NCBI RefSeq assembly: GCF_963921235.1
Contig: NC_086107.1
Location: forward strand, 102,114,001 to 102,178,000
DNA length: 64,000 nucleotides
Reading direction: 5' to 3'
Source: Mobula hypostoma
Lineage: Eukaryota
In this document: positions 59,890-64,000 of the stretch, one piece after another
Numbering within the stretch: position 1 is the stretch's first letter
Layout: the number at the start of each line of letters is the position of its first letter
Made by a program: the position numbers and the translations under genes
Notes under the pieces: generated by a model
Told to the model about the DNA's origin: nothing
Databases searched by the model: none
Seen by the model: only the letters and a program-made list of their open reading frames with translations

Positions 59890-60790
59890 AAGAAGCATGA
59901 ACAGAATTATGCCATTCAGCCCATTGAGTCTGCTCTACTATTCAATCATAGCTGATCAATTTTCCCTCCCAACCCCATTCTCCTGCCTTCTCCCCATCAC
60001 CGTTGATGCCCATACTAATCAAAAATATATCAACCTCAGCTTGGCCTCCACAGCAGTCTGTGGCAATGAGTTCCACAGATTCACTACCCTAAATTGATGC
60101 CAGAGAAATTCTTCCTCATCTTCTTTCTAAAGTGATGGCCTTGTAATTTGAGGCTATGTCCTGTGGTCCTAGACTCCCCCACTATTGGAAACATTCTCTG
60201 ATATCCACTCTTATCTAGGCATTTCAATGTTTGGTCGGTTTTAATGAGATTTCCTCCTCCTCTCTCCTCTCCTCCCCCCTCCCCCCCCCAAATTCAAAAC
60301 TCCAACAGGTAAAGGCTCACATGTTAACCCTTTCATTCCTGGGATCACTCTCATAAGCTGCCTGGATCCTCCACAATGCCAATACATCTGTTCTTAGATA
60401 TGGGGTCCAAAACTGCTCACGATACTCCAAATCTGGTATGGCCAATGCCTTATAACATCTTACCATTGCTTCCTTGCTTTTATATTCTGGTCCTCTTGAA
60501 ATAAATGCTAGCACTGCATTTGCCTTGCTTACTGTCCACTTAACCTGCATGTTAATCTTTAGGGATCCTGTACTAGGGTTCCCAAGTCCAACTTCTGAAT
60601 TCACTCCCATTTAGAAAATAGTCTATCTTTATTCCTTCTTCCAAAGTTCAAGACCATACACTTTCTGACACTGCATTCCCTCTGTCACTTCTCTGCCCGT
60701 TCTGCTAAACTGTTGAAGTCCTTCTGCAGACTCCCTGCTTCCTCAACACTACTTGCCCCTCCACCTACCTTTGTATCATATGCTAACTTG
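59890..60790 (-). mobile_element. Older CR1 fragment
   Basis: KANAVLAFISRGPEYKSKE...PDLEYREQFWTPYLR. Confidence 0.8.
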
Positions 60791-62715
60791 GCCCCTGAGC
60801 CATCAATTCCACTAACATAATGTGAAAAATAGTGGTCGTTTTTTCAAAGAAGATAGGAACACAATATGGAATCTTTGCCTCGTTCTGGCTTGTAATATGC
60901 TGTTGTCTGTGAGACCCCTCTCTGCAACCTGGTTGTTGGAGCTGGCTGTTGGAAATTTGGGCCAAATGTGCACTGTAGTTTAGGAATATATGGCTGGGGC
61001 CAGGAGTAGAGTTAGCTGTACATCCAAGCTTGGGAATGTGAAGCAGGTCACCAGAGGCAGATTAGTTCTTCAGTAGAAAGGACATCAAAGGGAGACGGCA
61101 GGAGAAAGGGGGTTAAGTGGGGTGATAAATCAACCATCGAACGGTACAGCACAGGAACAGGTCCTTTGGCCCACAGTATTGTGCTGAACCTGTTAAGTTA
61201 GTCATTAAATGGCCAACTGAATTAATATCTTCTGCCTACACAACATCCATATCCTTCCATTTTTCTCACATTCGTGTACCTATCTAAATGTCTCTTCAAA
61301 GTTCCTCGTGTATCAGCCTCTATCACCACCCCAGACACCCATTTCTCTCTTGTGTTTTAAAAAACTTGCTCCCCACATCTCCTTTGATCTTTCCCCTCTC
61401 ATGTTTAATGCATGCCCTGTGGTTGGATATATTTCAACCCTGGGAGGAAGATACTGCCTCTACTCTATCTGTGCCTGTCATAAACCTCCATCAGATCTCT
61501 CCTCAGCCTCCGCTGCTCCAGAGAACACAACCCATCTGTCCAACCACGATTGAATGTTAGAGCAGGCTCGATGGGACAAATGGTTTATTTCTACTCCTGT
61601 GTCTTATAGCCAGAAAGCAGCAATATATTCTTGTATTGCCGGAATTAATCTCTGCTCCTGAGGGTGGTGGAGGCCAGATCATTAGATATATTTAAGGGGA
61701 AGTTAGATAAATTTATGAAAAAAGTTCAGAGTTGCAGGGAATTGGCATCGAAGAGGAATTGAGACCAATGTAGATCACTCCTGGTCACATGCAGTGGGAG
61801 AGCAGGCAGGAATGGTTTGATGGTTTGTCTGTCCCCACCTGCTGCCCAGTTTTATCCACATCACCACATTTTAAATGCTGGAGGCAATTTCCTGTGTCTC
61901 TAGTGAAATAAATTTTCAGAGACTGTTACAGCTGATTGCAGAAACGCTCTCACCAGAAATACTTTGGAGTATTGTCATTTTATCTCGTGGATAAGAAACT
62001 GTCTGAGGATTGAATGTTTGAGATGAGACTGAGTGGAATAACCACAAACGGGCTGTTACTTGGTTAAGTTCCCCAATGCAGCCATGAGCAGTAAAATCTG
62101 AGGACGGATTCAGAAGCAGGCTGTGTGCTCCTCCTCATGCCTGCTGCAATGATCGGAACAAGGCTGATCTTTCACCTTAACTATTCCCCTGTACAAACCC
62201 CCCAAATTCCTTGATTCCCTGAGAAATTAGATGTTTTAATTGGAGCATTTGTAGTGTTCTGCATAGAAGACAAAGCTTTCTGTCTTTGGCCTTGCCTACT
62301 CCAGTCTCTTAGTAGCATCACATGTAAATAAAATGTCAACTTGCTGACGTTAACTGATGTACCATAGTCACCTCCACCATCTCTCTCAACCCTTTTCACC
62401 GTCTCAAGATGATCAGACTGCTCATTCATTAGAAAAATTGGGAAGATGGAATCTGTTACCTTCGACTGTATCCGATTCACTGACCTGTGCATGTAGTGTC
62501 TGAGACAGAACTTAGAGGTCTTTTATTGATCCTGTTATGATTATTAATCTATGGATTTATTGAGTTTGTATTTTGTTGTCTCCCCGTTGCAATGTGCAAG
62601 CAATAAAGAGGGGAAGTGTGGAAGGGTATTGCCCAAACACTAAGATGTAGATACAGTCAGATCAATGTGTATCAATAAAGAAGCTGTCCCGGAGCCTGTG
62701 GGTCCTGGCCTTACA

Positions 62716-63338
62716 GAGTACAGGAGCAGGGAGGTACTACTGCAGTTGTACAAGGCCTTGGTGAGACCACACCTGGAGTATTGTGTGCAGTTTTGGTCCC
62801 CTAATCTGAGGAAAGACATCCTTGCCATAGAGGGAGTACAAAGAAGGTTCACCAGATTGATTCCTGGGATGGCAGGTCTTTCATATGAAGAAAGACTGGA
62901 TGAACTGGGCTTGTACTCGTTGGAATTTAGAAGATTGAGGGGGGATCTGATTGAAACGTATAAGATCCTAAAGGGATTGGACAGGCTAGATGCGGGAAGA
63001 TTGTTCCCGATGTTGGGGAGGTCTAGAACGAGGGGTCACAGTTTGAGGATAGAGGGGAAGCCTTTTAGGACCGAGGTTAGGAAAAACTTCTTCACACAGA
63101 GAGTGGTGAATCTGTGGAATTCTCTGCCACAGCAAACTGTTGAGGCCAGTTCATTAGCTATGTTTAAAAGGAAGTTAGATATGGCCCTTGTGGCTACAGG
63201 GGTCACGGGGTATGGAGGGAAGGCTGGGTTCTGAGTTGGATGATCAGCCATGATCATAATAAATGGCGGTGCAGGCTCGAAGGGCTGAATGGCCTACTCC
63301 TGCACCTATTTTCTATGTTTCTATGTTTCTATGTTTCT
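62716..63338 (+). mobile_element. Young CR1 3' end (same subfamily as 16139 and 57409 copies)
   Basis: [29 protein letters not shown]...; (ttctatgt)n tail; inserted into a minus-strand Rex1-like fragment (62600-63660). Confidence 0.94.
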
Positions 63339-64000
63339 TAATGTGCCGCACCATTTGCCAGATGGAAGCATCTGAAACGGTTTGTGGTCGGGGTGGCTGG
63401 AGTCCCTGATGATCCTCCGGGCCTTTTTTATGCGCCTGCTGCTGTAAGTGTCCTGAATAGAGAAAAGTTCACATCTACAGATGCTCTGGGCTGTCCACAC
63501 CACTCTCTATAGTGCCCTGTGATTGAGGGAAGTACAGTTCCTGTACCAGGTGATGACACAGCCTGTCAGGATGCTTTCGACAATGCCCTGAGGATTTGGG
63601 GACTTGCTGAATTTCTTCAGCCGTCTGAGGTGAAAGAGGCACTGTTGTGCTTTTTTTCCACCACACAAGAAAAATGAATCTCAGGGTTGTATAATGTGAC
63701 ATACATTTTTTTTCATAATAAATTTCCTTTGAACTTCAGTTGTAAGCAACCTGGTATAGTTTATCCCAGGATGAGCCATTAGCAACATCCACACCATCCT
63801 CAAAACAGTTTCCACCTCCTTAGCATCATCTGACTTTGTCCTTGCTTCAACTCCTCTGCTGTGGAAATCGAGAGACTTGTCTACTTCATTCTTGAAATTG
63901 ACTGTCCCAACTGCTTCCCCACCCATGTTCTGCTCTTAATCAATATCGTCTAACATTCTGATGTCATTGCAACTGCTGCTAATCCCTCATCATTCCTTTC

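Noticed and set aside
1-64000. CRISPR array, tRNA/rRNA genes, or a prokaryotic defence/RT system
   Set aside because: No repeat-spacer array is present; tRNA-like boxes are SINE heads; all RT motifs belong to eukaryotic retrotransposons

Overview
Vertebrate genomic DNA, most likely from a cartilaginous fish (HE1/V-SINE-like and CR1 repeats; ray or shark is an inference). It carries the conserved ST13 <- -> XPNPEP3 -> RBX1 block. ST13 coding exon 1 lies on the minus strand (11848-11957). It sits head-to-head, across a CpG-rich bidirectional promoter, with a complete 10-exon XPNPEP3 gene on the plus strand (12490-39320, 504 aa; exon 1 is inferred). RBX1 coding exon 1 follows at 56323-56397. Most of the rest is nested transposon debris: CR1, Rex1/Babar and RTE LINEs, Penelope-like elements (PLEs), V-SINEs, Tc1, hAT and Harbinger DNA elements, and solo LTRs. 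Almost all long ORFs in the track are LINE fragments or noise. I found no prokaryotic-type system. The most interesting signals are: (1) minimal hammerhead ribozyme motifs in the PLE 3' ends, two of them in the sense direction of ST13 intron 1; (2) three independent fold-back PLE insertions in which only one arm carries a ~30 nt tail, two of them with clear target-site duplications; (3) a ~185 bp copy of XPNPEP3 3'UTR fused to the 5' end of a truncated CR1; (4) inverted CR1 copies flanking the symmetric, stop-free XPNPEP3 exon 3, a circRNA-prone layout. All family assignments are by motif recognition, not database search.
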